DNA from: Octopus bimaculoides
Lineage: Eukaryota
Length of the DNA: 35,883 bases
Reading direction: 5' to 3'
NCBI RefSeq assembly: GCF_001194135.2
Contig: NC_068987.1
Location: 56,162,867-56,198,749 of the forward strand
Position numbers and translations under genes: made by a program. This document shows, piece by piece, positions 1 to 13,334 of this stretch. The notes beneath the pieces were generated by a model. It had not been told where the DNA came from, made no database searches, and saw only the letters and a program-made list of their open reading frames with translations. Within the stretch, counting starts at the first letter, position 1; every line of letters begins with the position of its first letter.

Positions 1-1199
1 TTTTTTTTCTCACTCTTACTCCACCTCTCACTCACTCACTCCACCTCTATCTCTCTAACTAACTAATATATAACGGGCAAACGAACAAGCAGATTATCAT
101 ATAGATATTGCACACTGCCTTTCTGATCATATAATATGTCAAATGTTCAAATGACATTTTTCCAAGAACTTTCGTTCAGTTTTCTTTCGTAAATCAAAGC
201 GGTACACTAAATACTTTTAACAAGATAACAAAAATCCATACTACTGTAAGTCTGAGGGCTCTATAATCAGAACAGCTGAATGGCAAACCCTACTAATTTC
301 TAAAATATTTTATGACAACTCAATACAGACATTGTAGTTTTCTTTTGCATTTCCCAATTCTATTTTACTTTATTTTCTGTTTGAATCAATCAGTTCCTTT
401 CTTTCGTGAAAGCCGTCTTTTTCGAAATTGGTGTTCAGTTAGTCAGTCACGTTATCAAAATCTGTTTGCTGCGTTACCTAAGAACTTCTTCAATAGTTAT
501 AAATTTATTATATGCTTCTCACCAGATGTCCAGTGCGGTCATTTCCCTCATTTATTCTACAGATGATATTTCTATCTTTGGACAACTTAAGCAAATTTTC
601 ATTTTCTACTCCAAAAAGTAACCAGTTTTCCTCTTATGAATATTTCAATTTGTTCATTCCACCAGGAGTCTCTTCTATAGGTAATATTATGCTTTATGTA
701 CACTGCATAGCTATATTCTTATATATTTATAACCAGGATTGCCGTTCTTACCAATATCCAATAACCTGATGATATTTTCGGACAGCTAAGAATGAGACAG
801 GTAATATTAAATCCAAAATGAGCTAACACCTTTTCCTGGCATCTAGACACTTCTTCTGTATTATTATCCTTATAACAGTTGAGCTACATGATAGCTGTCT
901 TTAGATACTGATAATTGAGAAAGTCGTCATTGATCAAAGATCGTTCGTTTTATTCCTGTTTCTGTCAGTTTATTGTTTGCGAGTCATCTAACCACATAAC
1001 TTTCTGTTAGTAATCGATTTTTGTTTTTGTTGTTGTTGCTGTTGTTGTTTGTTTGTTAGTTTTTTTGTTTAAAGATATGTTTAGTTATCACGTTACTTAA
1101 GCTTGAAATTCAGAGTCGTCTTCTAATGAATATTTACTAAAATCCATTCTCTCATTCTCCGTAGAATGTTCTCATATATAATGAAGACACGAAGTAGTG

Positions 1200-1292
1200 A
1201 ATATAGATAGACAGACAGACAGATAGATAGATAGACAAGTTGACAGACTGACAGACTGTTAGACGGACAGAGGGACAGACAGACAGATAGAT
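1200..1292. repeat. Compound (AGAT)n/(AGAC)n microsatellite
   Basis: Direct reading of tetranucleotide runs. Confidence 0.9.
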
Positions 1293-2475
1293 ACACTGGT
1301 TCGTGTCTTCATTTAGATGCCTGAATTTTATTAAGTTTTTATCTCGCTTTATCCAAACAATATTTAAAACGTTTATTGAATTTATTTCCCCGCCCTCCTT
1401 GTTTTTCTCTGATATGGAGTCCTTTAATATCATGTTCGACAGCAAATAAATCTTTTTGCATATTTTTATATTCATAACTGAAGACTGTTCTTCAAACGGA
1501 GCATAGAAATATTGGCGTTAGAATATTTGCGGGCAATCGTTTAGCTGTGTACACGCTATTCCGGTTGGTATATTTTCTTGCGATATTCTTGTGTTTTATC
1601 TTGTATGTCATGATGACATAAGCTGTAGGAGATCAGTGCCAAGGTACATGTAATATTTATCACTGGAGACAACATATAAGATACCCGATTCATTATTTCG
1701 CCTTTTTTTCACTAACTTAATCTACCCATGTATGCAATAAAGAAATACTGTTCCTTTATATTGACATTTTCAAGAAAAGACTAATGAGCGAATTTTACAT
1801 GATTAAAAGTAACTATACATTAGATTAGATTCAGTGTTATATACTCACGAACATATATTCATTCTTTGGATACTTTCGTTATAAATTATGGATAAATACT
1901 GCACAAGAAAGATTACCTTATATTCTGTTATATGCGTAGGGGAAAGTCATCTCATTTTCAGCTTTATTCTGTTAAATATTATAAGATATCTTATCTACTC
2001 ATTAAAAATATACTTACTCTATATATTTAGTTTTAGGATAATGAAGTAAAACGAAATACACTTCCCAATTCTTTTATGGTTTATCTTTCCTTTGTGAGGC
2101 ATGGTTTAGTGCCTCAAGCTTCTGTGTTTCAACAAGCATAATCAAATATTCATTTGTAATCAAGTCAGGCTGTTACTACAGTCTTGTCCTATTTCGATCT
2201 TGTTATTCAATGATTGTTCACTGTATCTTCAAGACATTTTATTCTCCACACTTGCTCGTCTATCACTACATTGGCTATTTCACAATGTTCTTTTGACGAA
2301 TAGCTTTTAACAAGCTCGATATATTTCCTGACATGCATTCGATCGGTAGTTTTGAGCTATGTGAACCACCTTATATTTTGTTACTATTTCAATGAATCCT
2401 CTGTTTTACTAACATAATACAGTAAAACTGTGCTGTCATAAGATATTTGCTTGCCCTTTTGATGAACATTTTTTT

Positions 2476-2600
2476 GTGCATTTGTAACTGTGCACATGTA
2501 TAACTATGTACATTTAACCGGGTACGTGTAACTATGTACATGTGTAACTGTACATGTGTAACTGTGTACATTTGTAACTGTGTACATGTACCTGTGTATC
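2476..2600. repeat. Degenerate minisatellite, 14-16 bp unit (TGTAACTGTGTACATG-like), about 7-8 copies
   Basis: Repeated tgtaactgtgcacatg / tgtaactatgtacatg / tgtaactgtgtacatt units. Confidence 0.8.
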
Positions 2601-2659
2601 TGTGTATTTATGCTTATACCTGTGTGTTATGTCTCAAGCTACTGCTATCTAGCACCTTC

Positions 2660-2935
2660 GGATGATCTCTGCTCAACCGCTACACGACGGCTACTCAACT
2701 GACAGTCAACTCTCAGTCAACCAACTCCTACCACGGTCAGACTGCCTCTATTTATATGTCTTGGTCGAGCGTACTTCTTCACTTGGGGGCGTCGACACAA
2801 CACTGTGTCCGTCCCTGTATCTTTATGTATGGCTCTTTCTTTTTTAATTCCTTGAATTATTACTCTAAAGAGCGGGGGTTACTCTAAGAAACAAAGCTCC
2901 GCCATTGGATTTTAAATAACAATCCCAATAATGTT
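2660..2935 (+). mobile_element. Possible Penelope-like element terminal fragment
   Basis: GC-richer island with short internal repeats (cagtcaac x2) and a CTAAAGA...GAAAC motif resembling PLE termini. Recognition is from memory only. Confidence 0.3.
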
Positions 2936-3349
2936 TTTTGTTAAATTTCAGAAACAAATTCCATGTATTCTTTGTTCCACTTAAATATGCTTTAGAGAAT
3001 ACATGACGCTATTAGGTAGTCACTTTATTTGTCTGAAAATCTTAGGTTTTGAGATTATTTCAGGTAATAATTGTTAATAACATAATCAAAAGCGCAGATT
3101 TTCATGGACAGAAATGTATATTTATAATGTCATCAGATAAGCTGAGGATTTCAAAGAAGTTATCCATATATGTTTTCTTTACACTGGTTTTTATAGAGCA
3201 TCTGACATCCAAAAGAATGTAAGTTTTGTTTTCTATTCAAAACACGTGTCACAACTGTTGTTGTTGTTGTTGTTGTTGTTGTGTAACCCCAAGTCTTCTT
3301 AATTAGAGCCGGTCGGGAGCTATACTATGGGTAATAAGCCGAAACAGTA

Positions 3350-4450
3350 AACGAAGCATACAGATCTATTACTCCGGATATACCATTCCACTGTCTACCT
3401 ATCTCCCGTATTGCACAATCGAGTATACTGGAATCAAAGGCATTTGGTGAAATTTTCTCTCAAATATTCTTTGTATTGCAACGTATGAATTCCTCGACGT
3501 TTTGTTTTTCTTACATATAGCATTGTGTGTTGTTTCAAGATAACACCATGTTACATAGCATGGTGATAGCTTCATGACGTTTGAAGTCAGTTTCTGACTG
3601 TGCATTTTATGTTTTATAAATAAACGTATCGCTGTCCGTCACTACCTGTTTCGTTCAATGTGGGTATCTTTTTCGGCATGTGACGTGATGTAGCAGTCAT
3701 ATATTTAAGAGAGGCTACACTTCCTGGTGATATCGGCATCACTCTCAAATTTCGGAGGTAAATATACCCCCATGTATAGATGATAACCTTGCGTTTGTAG
3801 GCAGTCTTTCTTCTTCAAATCTTTGTTGACGTAGGTCTGTACGACAGTTCTAGGTACGTCATCGAGGATAGCATTTCTTTTGGTGAGTTCATCCCAGTAT
3901 GAATATTGTTCCCTACACTTTTACGTACATTCTTGAAGTACTTGTTTTTGCTGTTGTTGTTTAGCACATGTCATTTGAGTGATGTAATACCATACGACAC
4001 TCCAAGGATGTTTTGGCTAATCTTAAAACTCTTTCTCGATTTTTCTTCTGAGAAATAGCCTGTCGATATCACTATTTCTGTGGAAGTTTCCATCTGATGT
4101 CACAATCTTTCCGATTTTAATGTTAATGAAGTTGATTTCTTCTGTAGTTTATTCAAGTGTACCAAATGTTGTTCCAGTGCAAATTCATTGTGAAATATTG
4201 TCTTGTCCTAAGAGTAAAGATCCGACTGCCACATATATTTTTAGAGATTCAGCTAATAATCTTTGTAGTGGACAGCATCTTTATAATTTATATTTTCATC
4301 ACTACCCATGCATTTGTTGAATTCATTGTACGCAACAGAAGAGCTAGTGAAATGATTTGGTATGGATATTTTATTTTGAGAAACAGTGTCTTTGCGTTCA
4401 CCTGAGAAGCCTAGATTATTTCGGATCAAATACCATCTCTATATCAGCTG
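3350..4450 (-). mobile_element. Highly degenerate R4/Dong-like (RLE-type) non-LTR retrotransposon ORF fragment
   Basis: Minus-strand translation gives GNFHRNSDIDRLFLRRK (4041-4091), compared with the HxxSDVDRLYxxRKxGGRGL motif C-terminal of RT in R4/Dong elements. Also LNNNSKNKYFKNV, PRTVVQTY and THNAICK; many stops and frameshifts. Confidence 0.55.
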
Positions 4451-6336
4451 AAAATGCTATAAATTCTGTTTCTAAACATTGTTGATGTTTTCACACTAAA
4501 TCTCAAGATTTAATCACAAAAGAAATGGATTACATTTACGTTTCTTACAGCTGCTGTCCCAATCATATGATCACGGAACTTTTGCAGAAGAAATAACAGT
4601 GGATTTAGTGTTAAGACAAATACATTCATAGACAGGCTATTTCCTAGAGATATCCCTTTGGAAAGATTATACCGTCAGAGACAATCATTCAGCTTCCAAT
4701 TGCAAATAAGGGGATGACAAAGGTTTTTCCATAATCAGAAAGTTTCTACTATGCTTTTCGTTTACTTCAAGCAGCACAGCTTATTTAAAAAGTATTCAGC
4801 ACATCTCAACACTTCTTTCTTTCTACTTCCCTGTTCTCCAGTAATTTCCTTCTTGGACTCACAATATCTTGGGGAGATTTTGTTCAGAAAGCCTGTGTGA
4901 AACTTATACTGGTTAAGTAAGCAGTAAACCTATACATTTATCTGCTAAGTAAGAATTTTTATTCTTGATAAAAGCATTTATTTGTGCTACATTAAACCAA
5001 TTTGGCATGTCAGTTTAGCCTTCCATACCTGTTTTAATTATACATGCTAGAGACTTCTATAGAACATCATTATTTGCACTTCCATAATCGTTTCAACCCT
5101 TTGAATGTGGACAGCGAATATATCTGCTAAAAGTTTTATTGCCCCGGACTTCAGAAAGCGGTTTTACCTCACAGCTTTGAAAAAAAAAAGCGGAGACACC
5201 TCATCCGCCAGTGGAACTTTTTACAAAAGATAAATTTTCAAATTTTCTTAATTTTTTTCACAAATTTCATCGAATATCTCTTTAAAGAGCAAAATTCAAA
5301 TACTTTTTAGTGATTGATATAAAACCCGCACCTGCAAGTACGGTTTCCATATTCACTATTAAAAAAAGATAATATTGCAGAAGCAGAAAATATTAATTCA
5401 TTTTTTTTTTTTTTGTGAATAATTAACATTATAACAGGAATAACCATGAAATTTAATTACGTAGTCAAATATGCATGTCAGTGACTTCCTTGGCCTTCCA
5501 TAGTTGTTTTGAATATGCATGCTACTTTAAAAGCACAAATACTGTTAATATTGATACATTGTTACTTCCTGATCATATTCAGTCATGATACTTGAAATCC
5601 TTTGAATTTCTAATCTAAGAAATTATAAAAATGATTTTAAATATTCCATAGAAAGTGCTTTTAAACAAGATAACGTTTTTCCCCTCTGGTATACAACTTG
5701 TTACATAGAAGCAAATTTGTATTTAATACTGGCTCATTGAAATATTTATTTATTTATTTATTTACTTATTTATTTGCGATAACGGAGTTCTTCACTCAAC
5801 ATTTTAAATTCGTGCACTGAAGTTATTAATCGATCCCTTGGAGTTTGGACTGCAGAATCTCCATACATTTGAGAAGGGTTTTTTTTTTCATAAGACATAA
5901 TCAGTTTTCGGTGAACTTATTATTCAGAATAAATCTTATGATGGTCTCCAAATGTCTGATCCTGCGTTACATATTGATATTTTCTTCTAGGTTTAGCTGG
6001 TTTATGTTGGATTATTTCAATACACATCTGCTATAAATATCTTCTAAATGTTTTTTCTGAGTTACAGCAGCGATAAAGAGTGAGTTATTGATTATATCTA
6101 ATACGTATTATCATATATTTCAATGTGGTCTCTAGTGAAATCGTCAATGCCTTTTCACGTGACAGTGGGGATTTTTTTTTCTATAGGTTTCTGATAGAAG
6201 GTCTACTGTATAATGATAGCTTCCAGTAAATGGAAGAATTAATCTCAGATTGTGGTAATAAGTTGCATATATTCTACATGTGTATTCTACGCGCATAAAC
6301 ACGCACAGACACATATATGTGTGCGAGTATGTGTGT

Positions 6337-6383
<47 letters not shown>

Positions 6384-6422
6384 TTTGTGTGTGCGTGCGA
6401 GCGTGTGTGCGTGTATATTGAA

Positions 6423-6760
6423 GGCACATGGCTTAGTGGTTAAAGCGTTAGAATGACAATCATGAGGTAGTGAGTTCGATTCTCGGACCGGACTGTGTGT
6501 TGTGTTCTTGAGCAAGACACTTTATTTCATGTTGCTCCAGTTCACTCAGCTGTAGAAATGAGTTGCGACGTCACTGGTGCCAAGCTGTATCGGCCTTTGC
6601 CTTTCCCTTGGATAACAACGGTGGTGTGGAGAGGGGAGGATGGTATGCATGGGTGACTGCGGATCTTCTATGAACAACCTTGCCTGGACTTGTGCTTCGG
6701 AGGGTAACTTTCTAAGTGCAATCCCATGGTCATTCATGACCGAAGGAAGACTTTTTCTTT
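6423..6760 (+). mobile_element. tRNA-derived SINE (family A here)
   Basis: A box tggcttagtggtt and B box gagttcgattctc, followed by the core cttgagcaagacactttatttcatgttgctccagttcactcagctg that is shared with the copy at 8701. Confidence 0.85.
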
Positions 6761-6767
6761 ATGTATA

Positions 6768-8290
6768 CAGTGGGGAGAAATAAATATTCGTACATGTCAA
6801 AATGCTTTATTTATTTAATTTCTAATGAACATAAATGGGAAATACCAATACTATATTTGCATACACATACATAAACTAAGAATATGCAAAAGAAACTAAT
6901 AAATTATAGTAACTAATGAATTTATATACACTTATAAATATTTAGGGGTGAAAAAAGTATTCGTACAGAACATAAATAACTGAGAATTCTGATTTAATAC
7001 TTCGTAGGATAACCATTATTCAGTTCCACTTCAACCAATCTCTTCTTGTAGTTCTGAATCAATGACTCGCATGTTTCTTTAGGAATTTTTTCCCATTCTT
7101 CTTGACAAATTTTCTTCAAATCTGGAATGCACATTGGGGCTCTTGAATGAGTTTTAATTTTCAAATAACGCCACAAATTTTCAATGGGGTTCAAGTCAGG
7201 TGACTGGCTTGGCCATTCTAATAATTTTATATTGTGATTGACAATCCATTTTTGGTAGACTTCGCCGTGTGCTTAGGGTCGTTATCCTGTTGTAAAACCT
7301 ACCCTTCACAAAGCTGGATCTTTTCTACAGAGTCCCATAAATCATTGTTCGAAATATCACATGTAAATTGCCAGTGCCATTTCAAGAGAAACACCCCTAC
7401 ACAATGATGTTGCCACCTCCAAACTTTACTGTAGGAATTGTGTTTTTCGGCGAATAGGTGGTACCATCCCTCCTCCAAACATGGCTACNNNNNNNNNNNN
7501 NNNNNNNNNNNNNNNNNNNNNNNNNNNNNNNNNNNNNNNNNNNNNNNNNNNNNNNNNNNNNNNNNNNNNNNNNNNNNNNNNNNNNNNNNNNNNNNNNNNN
7601 NNNNNNNNNNNNNNNNNNNNNNNNNNNNNNNNNNNNNNNNNNNNNNNNNNNNNNNNNNNNNNNNNNNNNNNNNNNNNNNNNNNNNNNNNNNNNNNTTTTC
7701 GATACTTCATTTCATTTTTCCTAAAGATCTAGGGGAAATCTTGCGTGGTGCACCGGATCTTATCCTGTTTTCAACAGTTCCCGATTTTTTATATCTTTGA
7801 ATAAATGAAGATATGATAGAAAATGGAACACAAAGGGTCTCTGATATTTTCCTGTAACTTTTACCTGCTTTCCACTGTTCAATGATTAAGTTTTTCACTG
7901 AATTAGTGAGTTCTTTACTTTTCGCCATTATTACGACACTACTTTATGTTATCTCAGTGCTGAATGAAGAAGCTAGCGTTCTGACACTTAAAAATGACCA
8001 CTGATAAGATTATTGGAACAAACGAGAAAGTTCTAGTAAAAACCAAATATTATTTTAACAGTATTTTGTGTCATAGAAACTCATAAATTTATTCTGTACG
8101 AATACTTTCTTCACCCCTAAATATTTATAATTGTATATAAATTCATTAGTTAATATAATTTATTAGTTTCTTTTGCATATTCTTAGTTTATGCATGTGTA
8201 TGCAAATATAGTATTGGTATATCCCATTTATATTCATTAGAAATTAAATAAAGAATTTTGACATGTACGAATATTTATTTTCCGCCACTG
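6768..8290 (-). mobile_element. Full-length but inactivated Tc1-family (DD34E) DNA transposon with ~205-bp IR/DR inverted repeats
   Basis: TA-flanked CAGTG...CACTG termini; TIRs 6768-6977 and 8087-8290 are reverse complements. Transposase runs 7928->6994: MAKSKELT...SGAPRKIS, VKFGGGNII*GCFS, QQDNDPKH, WPSQSPDLNPIENLW. It has stops and frameshifts and an N gap at 7489-7695. Confidence 0.95.
6994..7928 (-). pseudogene. Tc1 transposase pseudogene
   Basis: Paired-like HTH N-terminus (7707-7928) and catalytic C-terminus. The D(34)E spacing is restored by one base at acc aaa aa tgg. In-frame stops are present. Confidence 0.9.
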
Positions 8291-8700
8291 TATATATAAT
8301 GTGCTGAGGTGCTGAGTAATGTTGGGAAAGATATCGGTGACATTTTTATATTTTTATAACTGTCTTCTATTGTAGATTTTGGTTGGTTCTGGATGTGTTT
8401 TCACGATTGACTGCCACTCTATGTGTATGTATATATGCGTATATGTAGGCATGTGTGCTTGTTTATAATATCTTCAAAGAGTCCTGAATACCAATGTCCT
8501 TGCTGAATAGGACGGTTGATAAATCTGCTAGTAGTCAGTGCTCCAGTCTATGGAAGATTACCTTTTCACGTAACTTGGTATCTACCTCCGATATCTACAT
8601 GAAGTGAATGCGTTTAATACATTACGACGTACAGTATACGGAGAAGGAGTCTATGGTGTAGCACTGCTAACGAAATATAGAGTAGCTGCATATATCTTTG

Positions 8701-8968
8701 AAGCGTGGCTTAATAATTAAGATATTCGGTTCCCAGCGGCGCGTTGTGACCTTGAGCAAGATACTTTATTTCACGTTGCTATAGTTCACTCAGCTGCCAA
8801 AATGGGTAGTACCTGTATTTCAAGGGCCCAGCCTTGTCACACTTTATGTCACGCTGAATCTCCCTGAGAACTACATTAAGGGTACGCATGTCTATGGAGT
8901 GTTCAGGCACTTTCACGTTAATTTCATAAGATCAACTTGAACGCACGTCGTCGCAAGCGACAGAGTGC
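8701..8968 (+). mobile_element. tRNA-derived SINE (family B): core shared with family A, 3' module shared with family C
   Basis: Core cttgagcaagatactttatttcacgttgct...cagctg, then cagccttgtcacact...gtcacgctgaatctccctgagaactac and the end gtcgcaagcgacagagtgc. Confidence 0.75.
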
Positions 8969-9142
8969 TAGAAGAGCATTTATCTTTGTATCATAACAAG
9001 TAATATTGTATCATAAGATGTATATTTTTCAAGTACATTTATCCTTGGAACAAAAGGGAGATCCAGTTCACTGACAAAATTCAAACAAGATCTACACGCA
9101 AACACACGCGTGCACGCACACACAAACCCATGTGCGTATACA

Positions 9143-9159
9143 TCATATATATATATAGA

Positions 9160-9227
<68 letters not shown>

Positions 9228-9570
9228 TAGATAGATAGATAGATAGATAGATGTGTACGTATGCGTGTGTGTATGTATGTATGTATGTATGCATGTATGT
9301 GTGTATGCGTGTATGTATATACATATATATATATTGACGGCGGCAGCTGTCTGTCACAGGTCGNNNNNNNNNNNNNNNNNNNNNNNNNNNNNNNNNNNNN
9401 NNNNNNNNNNNNNNNNNNNNNNNNNNNNNNNNNNNNNNNNNNNNNNNNNNNNNNNNNNNNNNNATACACATATGAATGTAAGTACGCGTGCATATGCAAA
9501 TGGATATTCATTATCGCTTTATATTTGAATAATATCTGTAATAGTACACACGCAAGTACATGTATACATT

Positions 9571-9601
<31 letters not shown>

Positions 9602-9761
9602 CTGTGTGTGTGTAATATACATATACATACATGTACATATAATATATACATATATATAATATATACATATATATGTCTATGTGTGTGTGTATGTGTGTAT
9701 ATATATATATATGTGTGTGTGTACGTGTGTGTCTGTGTGTGTGTATGTATGTGTGTGTGTT

Positions 9762-9810
<49 letters not shown>
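9143..9810. repeat. Compound microsatellite block upstream of exon A (AT, AGAT, AGAC, TATG, GT)
   Basis: Direct reading; includes a 100-N gap at 9364-9463. Confidence 0.9.
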
Positions 9811-9814
<4 letters not shown>

Positions 9815-9839
9815 GTGATCGTATATAATTGTGTTTCAG

Positions 9840-9950
9840 TCAGCTACGGATCAACATCTCCAAGATTACTGGTCAAAGTGTTAGTATTTCTCAGTATTGC
9901 TCTACTGAGTGCAGCCAATTCAGATGATGAATGTACGAAGACTGATTCAG
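9840..9950 (+). CDS. Coding exon A (phase 1-1) of an uncharacterised secreted protein; encodes the signal peptide
   Basis: Acceptor ttgtgtttcag| and consensus donor CAG|gtaagc; 111 nt. Only one frame is open: xSYGSTSPRLLVKVLVFLSIALLSAANSDDECTKTDS, with a hydrophobic core and an A-N-S/D cleavage-like site. It is an island of complex sequence inside microsatellites. Confidence 0.75.
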
Positions 9951-10029
9951 GTAAGCTGAGCCCTCCTCCTCTCTTACTCTCTCTTGTCTACCTATGTAAT
10001 AATCTCTATAGAGAATTTCTTTAATGTAA

Positions 10030-10161
10030 TTTATTTTCTGCCTTTTTCTCTCACTCTCTCTCTCTCTCTCACTCTTCTTCGCTATCTCTATCTCTGTATC
10101 TCACTCATTGACTCACTCTTCCTATATATATACCTATGTGTGTGTCCTTGTGTGTGTGCTT

Positions 10162-10235
<74 letters not shown>

Positions 10236-10376
10236 GTTCTCATTTTGTCCGTCTCACTCAAATGCTCATGTTTTGAAAACGTTTCACCATTACAAATATA
10301 TATGCACTCTCACATACATACAAATACACATACATATATACATAAATGCATGCAGGCATAGATAGATAGATGGATG

Positions 10377-10423
<47 letters not shown>

Positions 10424-10495
10424 GGATGGATGGATGGATGGATGGATGGATGGATGGATGGATGGATGGATGGATGGATGGATAGATAGATAGAT

Positions 10496-10532
<37 letters not shown>

Positions 10533-10679
10533 GCAGATATAAATATATACATGCATACCTAAATAGATGTATATAAGAGTGCATATAAATCCTTACTTAA
10601 ATATGAATTAATGCATTTATACATACGTACATATATATACATATATATAAATACACACACGCATACACACACACGCACG

Positions 10680-10739
<60 letters not shown>

Positions 10740-10854
10740 TATATACATATTCATATATACATATATACATACATATATAAATTTATATTTATACATACAT
10801 ACATGTATATATACATACATGTATATATACATACATATATATCCAAACACATGC

Positions 10855-10909
<55 letters not shown>

Positions 10910-11000
10910 TGCTTACATACATGCATACATACACTCGCACAATCATACACATATGAATACATACATACATATATACATACATACATGCATACATTTATAG
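10030..11000. repeat. Compound microsatellite block downstream of exon A (CT, GT, GATA, GGAT, AC, AT, ATAC)
   Basis: Direct reading. Confidence 0.9.
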
Positions 11001-11778
11001 ACATATCTACCTCTAATATATTTGTATTTACGTAATGCCTCACAATTTATTACATCACCTCGACTTTCTAGCAGAACACGTTCTTAGCTCCACATGGTAT
11101 CAGGTGCAAAGTCTAAAATCGCACGAACAGAACAAACCAAGCAGTCTTTGTGGTAATCTTTGAATATTGGATAAGTTATTGCATTGAGGCTTAAACTAAC
11201 GTCTTGTTGAAGCATGAAATATTTGGGATTAATCAAAGTAATATACTGCACAACGCTGTTTTTCAACACAGTAATGCATTGCATTATATAAGTAGAACGC
11301 AACACTATATAGCTCTACAATGTTCCAGTTACTGCATTAACCTTTTGTTGTTTTTTTTGGTTTTTGTTTTTGTTTGTTTTTGTTTTGTTTTTTTGCTTAT
11401 TTATTTTGGGTTGTTTCAGTCATTTGAGAAGGGTTATGGTCGAACAAATCGCCCCCCAGTGCTTATTCTTTTAAGTCTTGAGCTTATTCTATGCCGAATC
11501 GCTGTGTTGCGGAGGCAGAAACAAACCAACATACATACATACATACAAACATACATACATACATACATACATACATACATACATACTGACCATGTAACAT
11601 CTCTGCTCGTAAGTTACCCCATCATTTCGTTTTTGTCTTGCTATTACATGTTTTATTATGGACTCCCTGAAGAGAAATAAATGAGGAACCCCAACAGCTT
11701 TTTCTTCTTTGTGAAACATATGTAGGAATTAAAGGAACTTTTATTAACATGCATTTTTGCTCCATTTATTATTATACA

Positions 11779-12089
11779 GGAGTGGCTGTGTGGTAAGTAG
11801 CTCGCTTACCAACCACATGGTTCCGGGTTCAGTCCCACTGCGTGGCACCTTGGGCAAGTGTCTTCTACTATAGCCTCGGGCCGACCAAAGCCTTGTGAGT
11901 GGATTTGGTAGACGGAAACTGAAAGAAGCCCGTCGTATATATGTATATATATATGTATGTGTGTGTATATGTTTGTGTGTCTGTGATTGTCCCACCCAAC
12001 ATCACTTGACAACCGATGGTGGTGTGTTTATGTCCCCGTAACTTAGCGGTTCGGCAAAAGAGATCGATAGAATAAGTACTAGGCATCCA
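11779..12089 (+). mobile_element. tRNA-derived SINE (family D), runs into gap
   Basis: ggagtggctgtgtggtaag (A box) ... ggttcagtcccactgcgtggcaccttgggcaagtgtcttctactatagcctcgggccgaccaaagccttgtgagtggatttggtagacggaaactgaaagaagccc, an internal AT/GT tract, then cttagcggttcggcaaaagag. Confidence 0.9.
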
Positions 12090-12959
12090 NNNNNNNNNNN
12101 NNNNNNNNNNNNNNNNNNNNNNNNNNNNNNNNNNNNNNNNNNNNNNNNNNNNNNNNNNNNNNNNNNNNNNNNNNNNNNNNNNNNNNNNNNNNNNNNNNNN
12201 NNNNNNNNNNNNNNNNNNNNNNNNNNNNNNNNNNNNNNNNNNNNNNNNNNNNNNNNNNNNNNNNNNNNNNNNNNNNNNNNNNNNNNNNNNNNNNNNNNNN
12301 NNNNNNNNNNNNNNNNNNNNNNNNNNNNNNNNNNNNNNNNNNNNNNNNNNNNNNNNNNNNNNNNNNNNNNNNNNNNNNNNNNNNNNNNNNNNNNNNNNNN
12401 NNNNNNNNNNNNNNNNNNNNNNNNNNNNNNNNNNNNNNNNNNNNNNNNNNNNNNNNNNNNNNNNNNNNNNNNNNNNNNNNNNNNNNNNNNNNNNNNNNNN
12501 NNNNNNNNNNNNNNNNNNNNNNNNNNNNNNNNNNNNNNNNNNNNNNNNNNNNNNNNNNNNNNNNNNNNNNNNNNNNNNNNNNNNNNNNNNNNNNNNNNNN
12601 NNNNNNNNNNNNNNNNNNNNNNNNNNNNNNNNNNNNNNNNNNNNNNNNNNNNNNNNNNNNNNNNNNNNNNNNNNNNNNNNNNNNNNNNNNNNNNNNNNNN
12701 NNNNNNNNNNNNNNNNNNNNNNNNNNNNNNNNNNNNNNNNNNNNNNNNNNNNNNNNNNNNNNNNNNNNNNNNNNNNNNNNNNNNNNNNNNNNNNNNNNNN
12801 NNNNNNNNNNNNNNNNNNNNNNNNNNNNNNNNNNNNNNNNNNNNNNNNNNNNNNNNNNNNNNNNNNNNNNNNNNNNNNNNNNNNNNNNNNNNNNNNNNNN
12901 NNNNNNNNNNNNNNNNNNNNNNNNNNNNNNNNTATATATATATATATATATATATATAT

Positions 12960-13285
12960 TCTTTTACTTTTTTTACTTGCTTCAGTCATTTGACTGCGGC
13001 CATGCTGGAGCACTGCCTCTTATTCGAACAAATCGACCCCAGGACTTATTTTTTGTAAGCCTAGTACTTATTTTATCGGTGGAGGGACAAACACAGACAC
13101 ACAAATACATTTATGTGTGAATGTGTATACATTGGGCTTCTTTTAGTTTCCGTTTACCAAATCCACTCACAATGCTTTCGTCGACCCGAGGCTATAATGG
13201 AAGATACTTGCCCAAGGTACCACGCAGTTGGACTGAACCTGGAACCATGAGGTTGGGAGAAAGCTTCTTACCACACAGCCACTCC
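12960..13285 (-). mobile_element. SINE family D, minus strand, internally deleted
   Basis: Reverse complement of the 11779 copy head, plus the tail tcttttacttgcttcagtcatttgactgcggccatgctggagcactgcc. Confidence 0.9.
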
Positions 13286-13334
13286 TGTGCGTGTATATAC
13301 ATATATATAGATACATATATATGTGTATGAATGT

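Noticed and set aside
4551-4917. Strong acceptor (tttcttacag at 4550) and gtaagc donor as the missing first coding exon
   Set aside because: No ATG-initiated frame reaches the donor in the phase 1 required by exon A. It could at most be a UTR exon, which is unsupported.
6423-6495. tRNA genes at SINE heads (also 11779, 13875, 21365, 26216)
   Set aside because: A/B boxes are present, but there is no complete cloverleaf and each continues into SINE core and tail sequence.
1-9839. Initiator exon for the secreted-protein gene
   Set aside because: The gtaag/gtgag-type donors I checked (247, 801, 3219, 3883, 4918, 6080) had upstream in-frame stops or the wrong phase. The exon may lie in a gap or outside the window.
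9143-11043. Many ORFs rich in YI/CV/HT/LS repeats (also 16682-17469, 23498-23998, 24677-25355)
   Set aside because: These are translations of microsatellites; only the embedded exons A and C are considered real.
11868-13013. Long ORFs in the track (also 18366-19144, 19637-20849, 33789-34616)
   Set aside because: They are open only because they cross N gaps; there is no real coding sequence.
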